DNA of 64,000 nt from Longimicrobiales bacterium. GTDB lineage: Bacteria > Gemmatimonadota > Gemmatimonadetes > Longimicrobiales > Gaopeijiaceae. The notes under the pieces were generated by a model that was not told the origin of the DNA, made no database searches, and saw only the letters and a list, made by a program, of their open reading frames with translations. The DNA lies in contig OZ241892.1 in the NCBI GenBank assembly GCA_965203485.1, forward strand, positions 1,312,001 through 1,376,000, given 5' to 3'. A program made the translations under genes and the position numbers. Positions 20,195-30,039 of this stretch are shown in pieces (positions within the stretch are counted from its first letter, which is position 1; each line of letters opens with the position of its first letter).

Positions 20195-21570
20195 CCGACT
20201 CCCGAGACCTGTTCCCCGGCGCGTCCGCCCCCGGGGGGGCGTCCGGTTCTGCTGGTGCAGGAGAATTGAGCCGCGCCCCGCGCGCTGCGCCGCCCGGCGC
20301 TCCCTTGGCGGCCCGCATGAGACCGCGTAGCCTCGCCGAGTTCCGCGGGCAGCAGGCCGTCGTCGGTCCCGGCGGTCCGTTGCGCGCCATGATCGACAGC
20401 GGCCGCGTCTCGAGCTTCATCCTGTGGGGCCCGCCGGGTTCCGGGAAGACGACGTTGGCACGCTTGGTGGCCGAGTCCGCCGACGCCGCGTTCGTGGCGT
20501 TCAGCGCGGTGACCGAAGGCGTGGCGCGCGTGCGCGAGATCATCGCCGAGGCCCGAACGCGCCGACGCGCGACGGGACGGGGCACCATCCTGTTCTGCGA
20601 CGAGATTCATCGCTTCAACAAGGCCCAGCAGGACGCCTTCCTGCCCGTGGTCGAAGCGGGCGACGTCGTGCTCGTCGGCGCCACGACCGAGAACCCGAGC
20701 TTCGAGGTCGTGCGCCCGTTGCTGTCGCGCGCTCCGGTTGTCGTCCTGGAGGCCCTCGCGCCGGACGACTTGGAAGCGCTGCTCTCGGCCGCCCTCGCCG
20801 ACGCGGAGCGGGGCCTGGGCGCAACCGGCCTCTCCGCTGCCGCGCCGGTCCTGCGCCGGATCGCCCAAGCCGCCGACGGCGACGCCCGGCGCGCCCTGGG
20901 CATCCTCGAGCGCGCCGCGGAACTCGGGGCCGCGGTCGGCGGCGAGCTGGCCGCGGACGCCGTCGAGACTGCAATTCAGCACCGCTTCGCCGTCTACGAC
21001 AAGACCGGCGACCAGCACTACGACCTCGTTTCGGCGCTCCACAAGTCGGTGCGGGGCGGCGACCCCGACGCCGCGCTCTACTGGCTCGCGAGAATGCTCG
21101 ACGCCGGCGAAGACCCCATGTACGTCGCGCGCCGGCTCGTGCGCATGGCCGTGGAGGACATCGGACTGGCCGACCCCGGCGCCTTGTCCGTCGCGCTGGC
21201 GGGCCGAGACGCCTACCGGTTCCTGGGATCGCCGGAAGGCGAGCTGGCCCTGGCCCACTCCGCGGCCTACCTGGCCGCCGCGCACAAGTCGAACCGCCTC
21301 TACAAGGGATGGGGCGCCGCCCTGCAGGCCGCCCGCGACGCCCCCGCCGAGCCCGTGCCCCTGCACCTGCGCAACGCGCCGACGCAGCTCATGAAGGACC
21401 TGGGCCACGGCGAGGGATACCAATACGACCCCGACCAGCCCGGCGGCGTCTCACGCCAGCGCTACTTGCCGGAGGCGTTGCTCCGCGAGCGATTCTATCG
21501 GCCGGGCGGAGCGGGCTGGGAGGCCGAAGCCCGCGCGCGCGTCGAGGAATGGCGGCGCAAGCGAGGATAG
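20191..21570 (+). CDS. rarA: Replication-associated recombination protein A (RarA/MgsA)
   Basis: PLAARMRPR, GPPGSGKTT, DEIHRFNKAQQD, GATTENPSF, SALHKS, VPLHLRNAPT. Confidence 0.95.
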   Translation: MTDSRDLFPGASAPGGASGSAGAGELSRAPRAAPPGAPLAARMRPRSLAEFRGQQAVVGPGGPLRAMIDSGRVSSFILWGPPGSGKTTLARLVAESADAAFVAFSAVTEGVARVREIIAEARTRRRATGRGTILFCDEIHRFNKAQQDAFLPVVEAGDVVLVGATTENPSFEVVRPLLSRAPVVVLEALAPDDLEALLSAALADAERGLGATGLSAAAPVLRRIAQAADGDARRALGILERAAELGAAVGGELAADAVETAIQHRFAVYDKTGDQHYDLVSALHKSVRGGDPDAALYWLARMLDAGEDPMYVARRLVRMAVEDIGLADPGALSVALAGRDAYRFLGSPEGELALAHSAAYLAAAHKSNRLYKGWGAALQAARDAPAEPVPLHLRNAPTQLMKDLGHGEGYQYDPDQPGGVSRQRYLPEALLRERFYRPGGAGWEAEARARVEEWRRKRG

Positions 21571-21578
21571 GACGACTC

Positions 21579-22898
21579 GTGCGAGACCCCCTGCCCGAAT
21601 CGAACGCGTCTCCGGAACGCGTCGTCCTCGTGGGCGCCCCCAGAGGGAGCCGCGCGGTGCGCGAGGCCCAAGCCGACCTCGACGAGCTCGCCCGGCTGAC
21701 CGACACCGCCGGAGGGGTCGTCGCGGGCACGCTCGTCCAGCGCGCGACCGCGCCGCGGCCCCGCTACTACCTGGGCGCCGGCAAGGCGCGCGAGCTGGCC
21801 GCCCTGGTCGAGGAGACCGACGCCGCCCTGGTCGTGTTCGACGACGAACTCACGCCTGCGCAGGGAAGCAACCTCGAGAAGCTCGTCGGCGTGCGCGTCG
21901 TGGACCGCTCGGAACTCATCCTCGACATCTTCGCCACGCGGGCGCGCAGCTACGAGGCCCGGCTTCAGGTAGAACTGGCCCAGCTCCAGTACCTGCTGCC
22001 GCGCCTCAAGCGCATGTGGAGCCATCTCTCTCGCATCCGCGGCGGCATCGGCCTGCGCGGCCCAGGCGAGACCCAGCTGGAGACGGACCGCCGGCTCGTG
22101 GGGGCCCGCATCGCCGAACTCGGACGCAAGCTCAAGGCCGTGGCCCGCGCCCGCGCCACCCGCCGGAGCGCACGCGAGGGCTGGTTCCGGGTCGCGCTCG
22201 TCGGCTACACCAACGCCGGCAAGTCCTCGCTCCTGCAGGCGCTTTCGGGCAAGCCCCAGTTCGTGATGGACCGTCTCTTCGCCACGCTCGACTCGTCCAC
22301 CCGCGCCGTCCCGCTGGGCGACGGCCGCGACGCCCTGGTGACCGACACGGTCGGCTTCATCCGCAAGCTCCCGCACCACCTGGTCGCTTCCTTCCGCTCC
22401 ACGCTCGAAGAGGCGCGCGAAGCGGACGTGCTGCTCCATGTCGTCGATTCGGCCAGCCCCGACCTTGAGCGCCACCGCCGGGTGGTGCGGAGCGTGCTGC
22501 GCGACCTCGACCTGGACGGGCGTCCGCGCGTTCCCGTCTTCCACAAGACCGACCTGCTCGCTCCGGACGCGCTGCTCGCTCTCAAGGAGCGCGCCGCCCG
22601 AGGCTCCCCGAACCCGCCGGTCTTCACGTCGGCCCGCGCCCCGGCCACGCTCGAGCCCCTGCGCCGCGCCCTCGCCGCCCGGCTCGACGCCCGCCTCGTG
22701 CCCGTTCGCGTGGACCTGCCGGCCGCCGACGGCGCCGCTCTGGCCGCGCTCCACCGCGAGGCCCAGATCATCCGCCGCGCCCACGAAGGAACCCGCACCA
22801 CGGTCGTCGCCAACGCTCCTCCCGCCCTCGTGGCCCGCCTGCGCTCCCGAGACGGCGTGCGCGTAGAACCGGTCCCGCCGGCCCCGGCCAAGAGCTAG
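21579..22898 (+). CDS. hflX: Ribosome-associated GTPase HflX
   Basis: GPGETQLETDRR, GYTNAGKSSL, LFATLD, DTVGF. Confidence 0.95.
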   Translation: MRDPLPESNASPERVVLVGAPRGSRAVREAQADLDELARLTDTAGGVVAGTLVQRATAPRPRYYLGAGKARELAALVEETDAALVVFDDELTPAQGSNLEKLVGVRVVDRSELILDIFATRARSYEARLQVELAQLQYLLPRLKRMWSHLSRIRGGIGLRGPGETQLETDRRLVGARIAELGRKLKAVARARATRRSAREGWFRVALVGYTNAGKSSLLQALSGKPQFVMDRLFATLDSSTRAVPLGDGRDALVTDTVGFIRKLPHHLVASFRSTLEEAREADVLLHVVDSASPDLERHRRVVRSVLRDLDLDGRPRVPVFHKTDLLAPDALLALKERAARGSPNPPVFTSARAPATLEPLRRALAARLDARLVPVRVDLPAADGAALAALHREAQIIRRAHEGTRTTVVANAPPALVARLRSRDGVRVEPVPPAPAKS

Positions 22899-23045
22899 AC
22901 TGGTCCGCTCGCAGGACCCGCAACGCGCTTTCTCGAAAGGTTCCGGACGGCGTCCTGCGCCGCTCTCGCGAATCGTCGCCGATTATCTTTGGCCCGTCGC
23001 GGGCGGCTTCCGCGATGAGCGTTCCCGCGGCCGGAGCATCCCTGC

Positions 23046-23816
23046 GTGCGGCTCTACGTCAACATCGACCACGTGGCCACGGTTCGGCAGGCGCGCCGGA
23101 CCGACGAGCCCGATCCAGCGCGAGCCGCGGTCTTGGCGGAGCTCGGCGGAGCCGACGGGATCACCGTGCACTTGCGCGAGGACCGCCGGCACGTCCAGGA
23201 CCGGGACGTGCGCCTTCTGCGGGATACGATTCGCACCCCCCTGAACTTCGAGCTGGCGGCGGCCGGGGACGTCTTGGAACTGGCGGCGGAGCTGGCGCCG
23301 GCGGCAGCGACGCTGGTGCCCGAAAAGCGCGAGGAGGTGACGACCGAGGGCGGCCTCGACTTGGCGTCCGCCGAGGTGCGCGCGTCGCTCGACGACGCTC
23401 TCCGGCGGCTCGAGTGCGGGGGAACCCGCACGTCCCTCTTCGTCGATCCCGACGAGGGCGCGCTGGACCAAGCGGCACGTCTCCGCGCCGATGCCGTCGA
23501 GCTGCACACCGGCGAATTCGCCAACGCCCGGGACGACGCGGGCAAGCGGCACGAACTCGGCCGTCTGGCCAAGGCCGCCGCGCACGGCCACGCGCTCGGG
23601 CTGGCGGTCCACGCCGGCCACGGCCTCACCTACGAGAACGTCGTCCCGGTGGCCGCGCTGCGCCACGTCGAAGAACTCAACATCGGTCACAGCGTCGTCT
23701 CGCGGGCCGTGTTCGTGGGAATGGAGCGCGCGGTCCGGGAGATGAAGGAGATCGTCGAACGCGCTCCCGCCCGCGTGCGGTCGCCGGGCGCGTGGACGCC
23801 GCCTGCCGGGTTCTAG
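23046..23816 (+). CDS. pdxJ: Pyridoxine 5'-phosphate synthase
   Basis: [40 protein letters not shown]. Confidence 0.96.
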   Translation: MRLYVNIDHVATVRQARRTDEPDPARAAVLAELGGADGITVHLREDRRHVQDRDVRLLRDTIRTPLNFELAAAGDVLELAAELAPAAATLVPEKREEVTTEGGLDLASAEVRASLDDALRRLECGGTRTSLFVDPDEGALDQAARLRADAVELHTGEFANARDDAGKRHELGRLAKAAAHGHALGLAVHAGHGLTYENVVPVAALRHVEELNIGHSVVSRAVFVGMERAVREMKEIVERAPARVRSPGAWTPPAGF

Positions 23817-23825
23817 GACGGGCGG

Positions 23826-24908
23826 GTGAGCGCTTGGTGGAAAACCGCGGCCGGCTTGGCCGTGGTCGCGGCGCTGTTCTGGTGGCTGTTCCGCGACGTG
23901 GACCCCGCGGACGTCTGGGCCCAAGTGCGGGGTGCGGACTTCCTCCTGCTGTCCTTGGCGGTGGCCGCCACCACGGCCGGCTTTCTCGTGCGGGCCGTAC
24001 GCTGGCGCTGGCTTCTGGCGCCGGTTCACCCGGCCACGCCGCTGCGCTCCCGGTTCGCGGCCGTCTGCGTCGGCTTCATGGTGAACAACTTCCTGCCCCG
24101 GGTGGGCGAGCTGGCGCGGGCGTACGCCTACAGCCGGATCGAGCCCGTGCCCGCCGCAACGGCCTTCGCGACGCTTGTCGTGGAACGCTTCCTCGACGGC
24201 GTGGCGGTGCTGCTGCTTCTGGCCGTGGCCGTCGCGAGCCCGGGCTTTCCAGCGGACGACCTGCCCGCGGAGGTGGTCGTCGGCCTGCGTTCGGTGGCGG
24301 GCTTGACGTTGGTGGTCTTGGCGGGTTCGGCTCTGCTGGTTGCTTTCCCGGACCGGAGCACGCGCCTCCTCGCCAGCGGGGCGCACCGCTGGCTGCCCGC
24401 CGGGCTCGCCGCCAGGACGGAGGCCGCGGCCACGGGCTTCGTGGCGGGCTTCGCGGCTCTGCGCGGCTGGCGGACGCTCGTGCCGGCCGCGCTCTGGAGC
24501 GTGGCGTTTTGGGCGCTCCAGTCCCTGTCTTTCTGGATCGGCTTCTTCGCCTTCGGCATCCACCTCCCCTACACGGCCGCGCTCTTCATGAACGCGGCGG
24601 TGGCGGCCGCCGTCGTCGTCCCGACGCCCGGTTACGTCGGAACGCTCCAGGCGGGGGCCACGCTGGCGCTGCGCGACGTCTACGGCGCGCCGGAGGCTTC
24701 CACGCTGGGCTTCGCCGTCGGCTGGCACCTGGGCGCCTTCGTCCCCATCACTCTGCTCGGTCTCTGGTACGCCCGGCGGATCGGCCTCTCCTTCGGCGAG
24801 ATGGCGTCCGGAAGCCGGGCAGCCGCAGGGGACGAGGCCGGTGCGCGCCCGGCGCCGGATGCGCCCGAGCCGGCCGTTGCGGCTCGATCCGAGGGCCTGC
24901 GCCCTTGA
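23826..24908 (+). CDS. Lysylphosphatidylglycerol synthase TM-region (UPF0104) flippase-like membrane protein
   Basis: RAVRWRWLL, NNFLPRVGE, VERFLD, PTPGYVG; multiple TMs. Confidence 0.85.
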   Translation: MSAWWKTAAGLAVVAALFWWLFRDVDPADVWAQVRGADFLLLSLAVAATTAGFLVRAVRWRWLLAPVHPATPLRSRFAAVCVGFMVNNFLPRVGELARAYAYSRIEPVPAATAFATLVVERFLDGVAVLLLLAVAVASPGFPADDLPAEVVVGLRSVAGLTLVVLAGSALLVAFPDRSTRLLASGAHRWLPAGLAARTEAAATGFVAGFAALRGWRTLVPAALWSVAFWALQSLSFWIGFFAFGIHLPYTAALFMNAAVAAAVVVPTPGYVGTLQAGATLALRDVYGAPEASTLGFAVGWHLGAFVPITLLGLWYARRIGLSFGEMASGSRAAAGDEAGARPAPDAPEPAVAARSEGLRP

Positions 24909-25876
24909 AACGCGCGCGAGGACGACGCCCGCCCGCCGCGCCGGGCGGCCGCTCGCTCCCAGCGTCCGCGCCCTTGGACCGGGTCTCCGTCGATTGTCCC
25001 GCCAAGGTCAACCTGTTCTTGCGAGTCCTGGCCCGGGAAGACTCCGGATACCATCAGATCGAGACCTTCTTCCTGGCCGTGGGGCTCTACGACCGCCTGA
25101 CGGCCGAGAGGGGAAGCCCGGGCGTCGCTTTGCGGATCGAGGCCGGCCCGTGCTCGGACGACCTCGGCCCGCCCAGCCAGAACACCGTCAGCCGCGCGGC
25201 CGCGGCCTTCTACGACGCCGCGGAACTCCGGCCCGCCGTGGCCCTTTCGCTTGCCAAGCGGATTCCCGCGGGCACCGGTCTGGGCGGCGGTTCGTCCGAC
25301 GCGGCCGCCACGCTGGTTGCGCTGAACCGCCTCCACGGCGAGCCGCTGACGCAACGCGATCTCCTGCGGGTCGGCGGCGGTGTCGGATCGGACGTGCCGT
25401 TCTTCTGCAATGGAGCGCCCGCCGCCTTCGCGTGGGGCAGGGGAGACCGGTTGCTCCCGGTTCGCCCCCCCGGGCCTGCGTGGGTCGCGATCGCGGCGCC
25501 CCGCGAGCGGACTTCGACGGCCGAAGCCTACGGCGCCGTCGCGTCGGCGCTTTCGCTTCCGGCCGGACCGTCGGTCGTGCCGGACATGGTCCTCGAGGGA
25601 TGGCGCGCACTGGCGCGGATTCGCCGCAACGACTTCGAGGAGGACGCGTTTCGCCGCGTGCCCGCATTGGCCGAGGCGTCCGCCGTCATGAAGGGCGAGG
25701 GCGCGATCATGGCGGGTCTCACGGGCAGCGGATCGGCGGTCTTCGGTCTCTTTGCGACCGAGAGGGCGGCATCGGCCGCGGCCGCGCGCGCGCGATCGCT
25801 GGAGGCTGTCGCGGAAGCCGCGGCAGCGCCTTCCCTCGAGCGGCCGTGGCTGGGCGCCCCGACGCGTGCACGCTAG
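24905..25876 (+). CDS. ispE: 4-diphosphocytidyl-2-C-methyl-D-erythritol kinase
   Basis: PAKVNLFL, GYHQIET, KRIPAGTGLGGGSSDAA, GSDVPFF, NDFE, LTGSGS; start at TTG 24905 or 24974. Confidence 0.93.
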   Translation: MKRARGRRPPAAPGGRSLPASAPLDRVSVDCPAKVNLFLRVLAREDSGYHQIETFFLAVGLYDRLTAERGSPGVALRIEAGPCSDDLGPPSQNTVSRAAAAFYDAAELRPAVALSLAKRIPAGTGLGGGSSDAAATLVALNRLHGEPLTQRDLLRVGGGVGSDVPFFCNGAPAAFAWGRGDRLLPVRPPGPAWVAIAAPRERTSTAEAYGAVASALSLPAGPSVVPDMVLEGWRALARIRRNDFEEDAFRRVPALAEASAVMKGEGAIMAGLTGSGSAVFGLFATERAASAAAARARSLEAVAEAAAAPSLERPWLGAPTRAR

Positions 25877-26741
25877 CGAAACCGGCGGCGTCCTCGCTCG
25901 CAACACCCCGGGAACTCGCCGCCTCTACGCCGGCCATCCCTGGGGAAGCCGTCGTCCGCGGGGATGGACAGGGTTCTGGTTCGGGGTTGCGCGAGCGCTT
26001 CCCGGAGGATGGCCGTGGAGCCGCCTCGCTCTCGTGGCGCGCCGCTTGGCCCGCCGGCGCCTGGAGGGTCCAGTGGACGCTCGGACATGGGGGTTCAGGC
26101 TGCGGTTGCATCCGCGCGGTTCGGTCTCCGAGGCCAGGATTCTGTTCCTGCCCCGCGAGTGGGACCGCCGCGAACGCGCCTTCCTCGCCGAGCGGCTGCG
26201 GCCGGGCGCGGTCTTCGTGGACGTGGGCGCCAACGTGGGCGGCTACGCGTTCTGGGCGGCTTCGCTGGTCGGCGAGACGGGGCGCGTGCTGGTCTTCGAG
26301 CCCGATCCCGCGCTGGTGCGGCAACTTCGCTGGAACGTGGGAGCCAACCGAGCGGAGGGCCGGATCCGCGTGGTCGAAGCGGCGGTTGGCGCGTCTTGTG
26401 GGACGGGCCGGTTGCTGCGCGCCGCGGGCAACTCGGGACAGAACCGTCTGGCGGACGACGGCGAGGGCCTGCCGGTACGGGTAGTAGCCTTGGCCGACGC
26501 CGTTGCGGCGGTAGGCCTGGCGCGCATCGATGCCCTCAAGGTCGATGTCGAGGGACGGGAGGCGGACGTGCTCAAGTCCTTCTTCGCCGTCGGCCCGCGC
26601 CGCCTACGGCCGCGGACGCTGGTGGTGGAGTTCGGCGACGCGCCCCCGCCCGAAGGCGACGACTTGGCGCAGTGGATCGTTGCCCAAGGATACCGCTTGG
26701 CGTTGCGCACCAAGTTGAACGGCGTTTTCGAACAGGCGTGA
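25866..26741 (+). CDS. FkbM family methyltransferase
   Basis: FVDVGANVG, VFEP, LKVDVEGRE; start uncertain. Confidence 0.85.
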   Translation: MHASETGGVLARNTPGTRRLYAGHPWGSRRPRGWTGFWFGVARALPGGWPWSRLALVARRLARRRLEGPVDARTWGFRLRLHPRGSVSEARILFLPREWDRRERAFLAERLRPGAVFVDVGANVGGYAFWAASLVGETGRVLVFEPDPALVRQLRWNVGANRAEGRIRVVEAAVGASCGTGRLLRAAGNSGQNRLADDGEGLPVRVVALADAVAAVGLARIDALKVDVEGREADVLKSFFAVGPRRLRPRTLVVEFGDAPPPEGDDLAQWIVAQGYRLALRTKLNGVFEQA

Positions 26742-26815
26742 CGCAACCCGGCCGCTGGGCCGTCGTCCCATGGCCAACTTGATCTTCCACGTCCAATGCG
26801 ACGTGTGATCTCCAC

Positions 26816-27353
26816 TCACGGCGGCCCTTCCCAAACCCGAATGTGGTCGTGCCAGATGAGCCATAGCGCTTCGCCCGCGTAGCTCGCCGCGTATTCAGCG
26901 ATGGGAAACGCCTGGAACCCCTGGCAATGATGCTGCGGGAGATTGCATTCAGCGGACAGGTGACCACGAGTGACGAAGAGAAACGCTGGAGATTCTGAAT
27001 TCAGCGTACAGGACACCCCGCCGGGCCGCCACGACGTCCCCTTGATGGAACAATCGTGCCGAAATGCTAAGAAGGCCTCGACCGCCGACATCCAACGACA
27101 AGATATGATCGTCGGCGTCCAGGAAGTCCTGAGCATCAAGGACATGCCTATCGATCCTAATCTGCATTCCTGCAAGGCCCGCGGAGTCCGAAAGAAGACC
27201 ATTCCACGACACCACGCTGTCAGGATGTACGCTAGGTCCGCTATACACCTCATTGGTCGGTATAACCCTGAGGCGCCACGGAAACACATCACCTTCGTCG
27301 TCGCAGGCGCTGCTTGCGAGCACAAGCGCCATCCCGGCAAATCGGGCGTACAT
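26816..27353 (-). pseudogene. Putative lipoprotein gene, probably frameshifted near 27025
   Basis: MYARFAGMALVLASSAC lipobox-like start at 27353; that frame stops at 26949 while another frame continues with protein-like sequence to 26816. Confidence 0.45.
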
Positions 27354-28094
27354 GCGAATGAGCCGCGCGCTTCGTTTGCTATCGGCCGACATTATTGAGC
27401 CAAGTTGATCGGATGTGATTGGGATTCCAGTTGGAAGGCTCGTTTGCGCGCTCGGAACAGTATTGCGGGTTCTAGATCCGGCCCGGCGCCGAGAATCGGG
27501 AGGATGGATCGTGCACGTTCTGAACACTTCGATGACGTACGTAGACGGATACGTCGTGCTGTCTCCTGTTTCGTTATTTGTATCGATCAAGTCTTGAAAC
27601 AGTGCGGCAACGCTTCCTTCCGTTTCTGCCCTTCTTGTTGTTTCTTCGGCATTCTCGAAATCAAAAACGCCAGGAGCACCTATGCTCGCGGCATAGTTCG
27701 CCAATCCCTCAGAAAATGCGCACGTATAGGAAGAAGGAACCCACAAGTAGTGCGGATTGCATCGAGTCGTGGTCCACATGCCGCCGAGAGAAACACAATG
27801 CAGTGCATGGCCGTACTCGTGCGCAGCAACCCACTTGGTGCTCTTAGGGCTCAATACGATTTCGTTGTGGCGACGACTGAAGAAAGAACGATCGCCAGAA
27901 CCGATCCGCCATCGAACCGGTGGCGTACCGTAGCCGAAGTGCCCGCGAATGCGTGGGATCACTTCGTTCAAATGGCGCCAGCTTAAGTACACCGCGCGGG
28001 TGATGGCGACTTGAATCGTATCGCCGCATTGATGGGAGGCCGCGGTCCAGTATGGCGCGGCGACTGCCGGTCCTGCATACGCGGTGCCCGGCAC
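27354..28094 (-). pseudogene. Zincin/gluzincin metallopeptidase fragment in lower-GC islet
   Basis: VAAHEYGHALH plus downstream FSEGLANY; no signal peptide; reads in frame into the lipoprotein without a stop. Confidence 0.55.
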
Positions 28095-28272
28095 GCTGAC
28101 GCTGCCTTTCCAGTACTCGAAAGGCCCGGCGCAAGGGAATGAGACGACGCCGGTACGCGGAATGCGCGTGCCGCCGTCTTGCTCGCGGGCCGGTCATGGC
28201 GTCCGCGGCCGGTCGTCGTTACAATTCTTGGAGCGATACCGGCCCGCTTGGCGTCGTGGCCGGATCCGGCAA

Positions 28273-28343
28273 TGGCCCGTCGTCTAATGGCAGGACTCCG
28301 GTCTTTGGAACCGGCGGTGGTGGTTCGAGTCCACCCGGGCCAA
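28273..28343 (+). tRNA. tRNA-Gln (anticodon TTG), CCA not encoded
   Basis: Acceptor TGGCCCG/CGGGCCA, anticodon arm CCGGT-CTTTGGA-ACCGG, T arm GGTGG-TTCGAGT-CCACC. Confidence 0.96.
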
Positions 28344-28399
28344 CTGCTCCAACTTCGGAAGCCGTTTCCGGCGCGGCGCCTACCCGTTTCCCGGCGCCT

Positions 28400-28726
28400 T
28401 CAGGTTGGGCGGTTCGGAACCCCGCGTTCCCCGGCTCGTCGTTCCGCTGCCGCGATAGAGCGCTTCCTGTGCGTTGGACTCCGCCGCTCGCCCTTGGTGG
28501 CGTGCAGCCGCAGCCAAGCGTCGAAGTTGCGGCTGGCCCGTACCACGCCGTAGAACCAGCGGGGCGAGCGCCGCCCGCCGACGATCAAGTCGATCAGTAT
28601 GGCGACGATCGACAGGTTGAAGACCAGCAGGTCCTTGACTCCGTCGACGGCCAACTTGATCTGGAAGACGACGAAGTCGCGCGTGGCGACGGTCTTGGAG
28701 GGGCCGGTCGGTTCGGGCGTCCTCAT
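28400..28726 (-). CDS. Small hypothetical membrane-associated protein
   Basis: GAGGA RBS before ATG 28726; RDFVVFQIKLAVDGVKDLL hydrophobic/amphipathic core. Confidence 0.65.
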   Translation of the reverse strand: MRTPEPTGPSKTVATRDFVVFQIKLAVDGVKDLLVFNLSIVAILIDLIVGGRRSPRWFYGVVRASRNFDAWLRLHATKGERRSPTHRKRSIAAAERRAGERGVPNRPT

Positions 28727-28817
28727 TCGGCTTCCTCTGCGTCGACTGGCGGAAGCAGATGCGTCGGTGCGGGCAGAACGCCCACGACGGCGCCCGGAAA
28801 TGCTTGCACAGCCGGCC

Positions 28818-30029
28818 TTACGCGTTCCCGCCGGGGCCGGCCGGACCGGCGCCGTCGGTCCAGCGGAAGTAGAAGCGCTGCCACAGCTGGCGTACCCGTT
28901 CTCTGAAGACTTCCTTGCGGTCCCCAGTGCGGTCCACTGGTTGCACCCAGAAGCGGCAGCCCTTCGGACCGAAGGACTCCGTGCGGGCCTGGCCCATTGC
29001 GAAGATCGGTTGCGTGAGCCGAAGAAAGTCCGCCGGGGCGTACTCCCGGCCCTCTTGAATGGCGAGGGCGTGCGCGACGGCGGCATCGCCGCCCCGGGCA
29101 GGCGGAAACGCGTGGAACGCCCTCATCCCGCCGTCGGTGAGTTCGACGCGCAGGATGAACTCGAGTCCCGTGGCTTCAGTGTACCAGCAGGGCGACGGGT
29201 CGATGCCGGTTCCCTCCAGCTGCCGCAGTTGGTTCTCCCGGTGTTCGGCGCGGCCCACGGCGTCGTCCCGTTCGCGCGCGATCGACTCCACTGCACGCTC
29301 CAGAGAATCTGCGACGGCGTTCAGCGAATCCGCCGCCGACCCGGCTAGGAGACGGTAGGCCTCCCTTCGCCGGGCGTCCGCCGACCGCAGGACCGCGCGA
29401 GCGTTCTCGAGGTCCTCCTCCAGCTGCTTCGCGCGTCCTGCCCTGGCCACGACGGAATCCACCTGCGCGGCCGTGAGGTCGCGCCTTCCTGCCAACTGCC
29501 GGCGCAACGCGTCGCCGAAGCGCCCCGTTTCTTCGGCCGCCGACTCGAGCGAGTCGATCCTGGCGGCCTGCCTGGCCAACGCCTGTTCGCTTCGCGCGAC
29601 CGAATCCTCGAGCCGGGCGATCCGGCCAGCCTGATCCAGAAGACTGTCGGCTTCGTCGTCGCCGCCGTCGTCGGCCAGCAAGGCGCGGGCGGCCCTTTCC
29701 CGCTCGGCGGCTTCGGTTGCCGCGCGCTCCGCCGAATCGGCCTTCGCGCCCAGGCGCCGCGCCTCCTGCAACCAAGCGTCGCTGTTGATGTAGGACGAGT
29801 CGCCGCCCAGCGCCATCCCTTCGAGAATGGCGCGGTCCACCTCGGCGTCGGCGAGCTCTTCCTCGGCATCGGCGCGGCCTGCCTCCGCCTGCTCCTTGGA
29901 GAGCGCCTCCCGTCCGAGCAGCGCCGCGGACGCCAAGAGCAGGATGAACACGAGGACGCTGAACGTTTCCGCAAGCGTCATGCCCAGGGCCAAGCCCTTG
30001 CGGTAGTGCTTCTTCTCGGCCGGGAGCAT
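28818..30029 (-). CDS. MotB/ExbD-like single-TM protein with long coiled coil and Cys-containing C-terminal domain
   Basis: Basic N-tail, TM GMTLAETFSVLVFILLL with acidic residue, heptad-rich middle, PSPCW...CRFWV domain; RBS AGGGGA. Confidence 0.6.
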   Translation of the reverse strand: MLPAEKKHYRKGLALGMTLAETFSVLVFILLLASAALLGREALSKEQAEAGRADAEEELADAEVDRAILEGMALGGDSSYINSDAWLQEARRLGAKADSAERAATEAAERERAARALLADDGGDDEADSLLDQAGRIARLEDSVARSEQALARQAARIDSLESAAEETGRFGDALRRQLAGRRDLTAAQVDSVVARAGRAKQLEEDLENARAVLRSADARRREAYRLLAGSAADSLNAVADSLERAVESIARERDDAVGRAEHRENQLRQLEGTGIDPSPCWYTEATGLEFILRVELTDGGMRAFHAFPPARGGDAAVAHALAIQEGREYAPADFLRLTQPIFAMGQARTESFGPKGCRFWVQPVDRTGDRKEVFRERVRQLWQRFYFRWTDGAGPAGPGGNA

Positions 30030-30039
30030 GGCGAATCCC

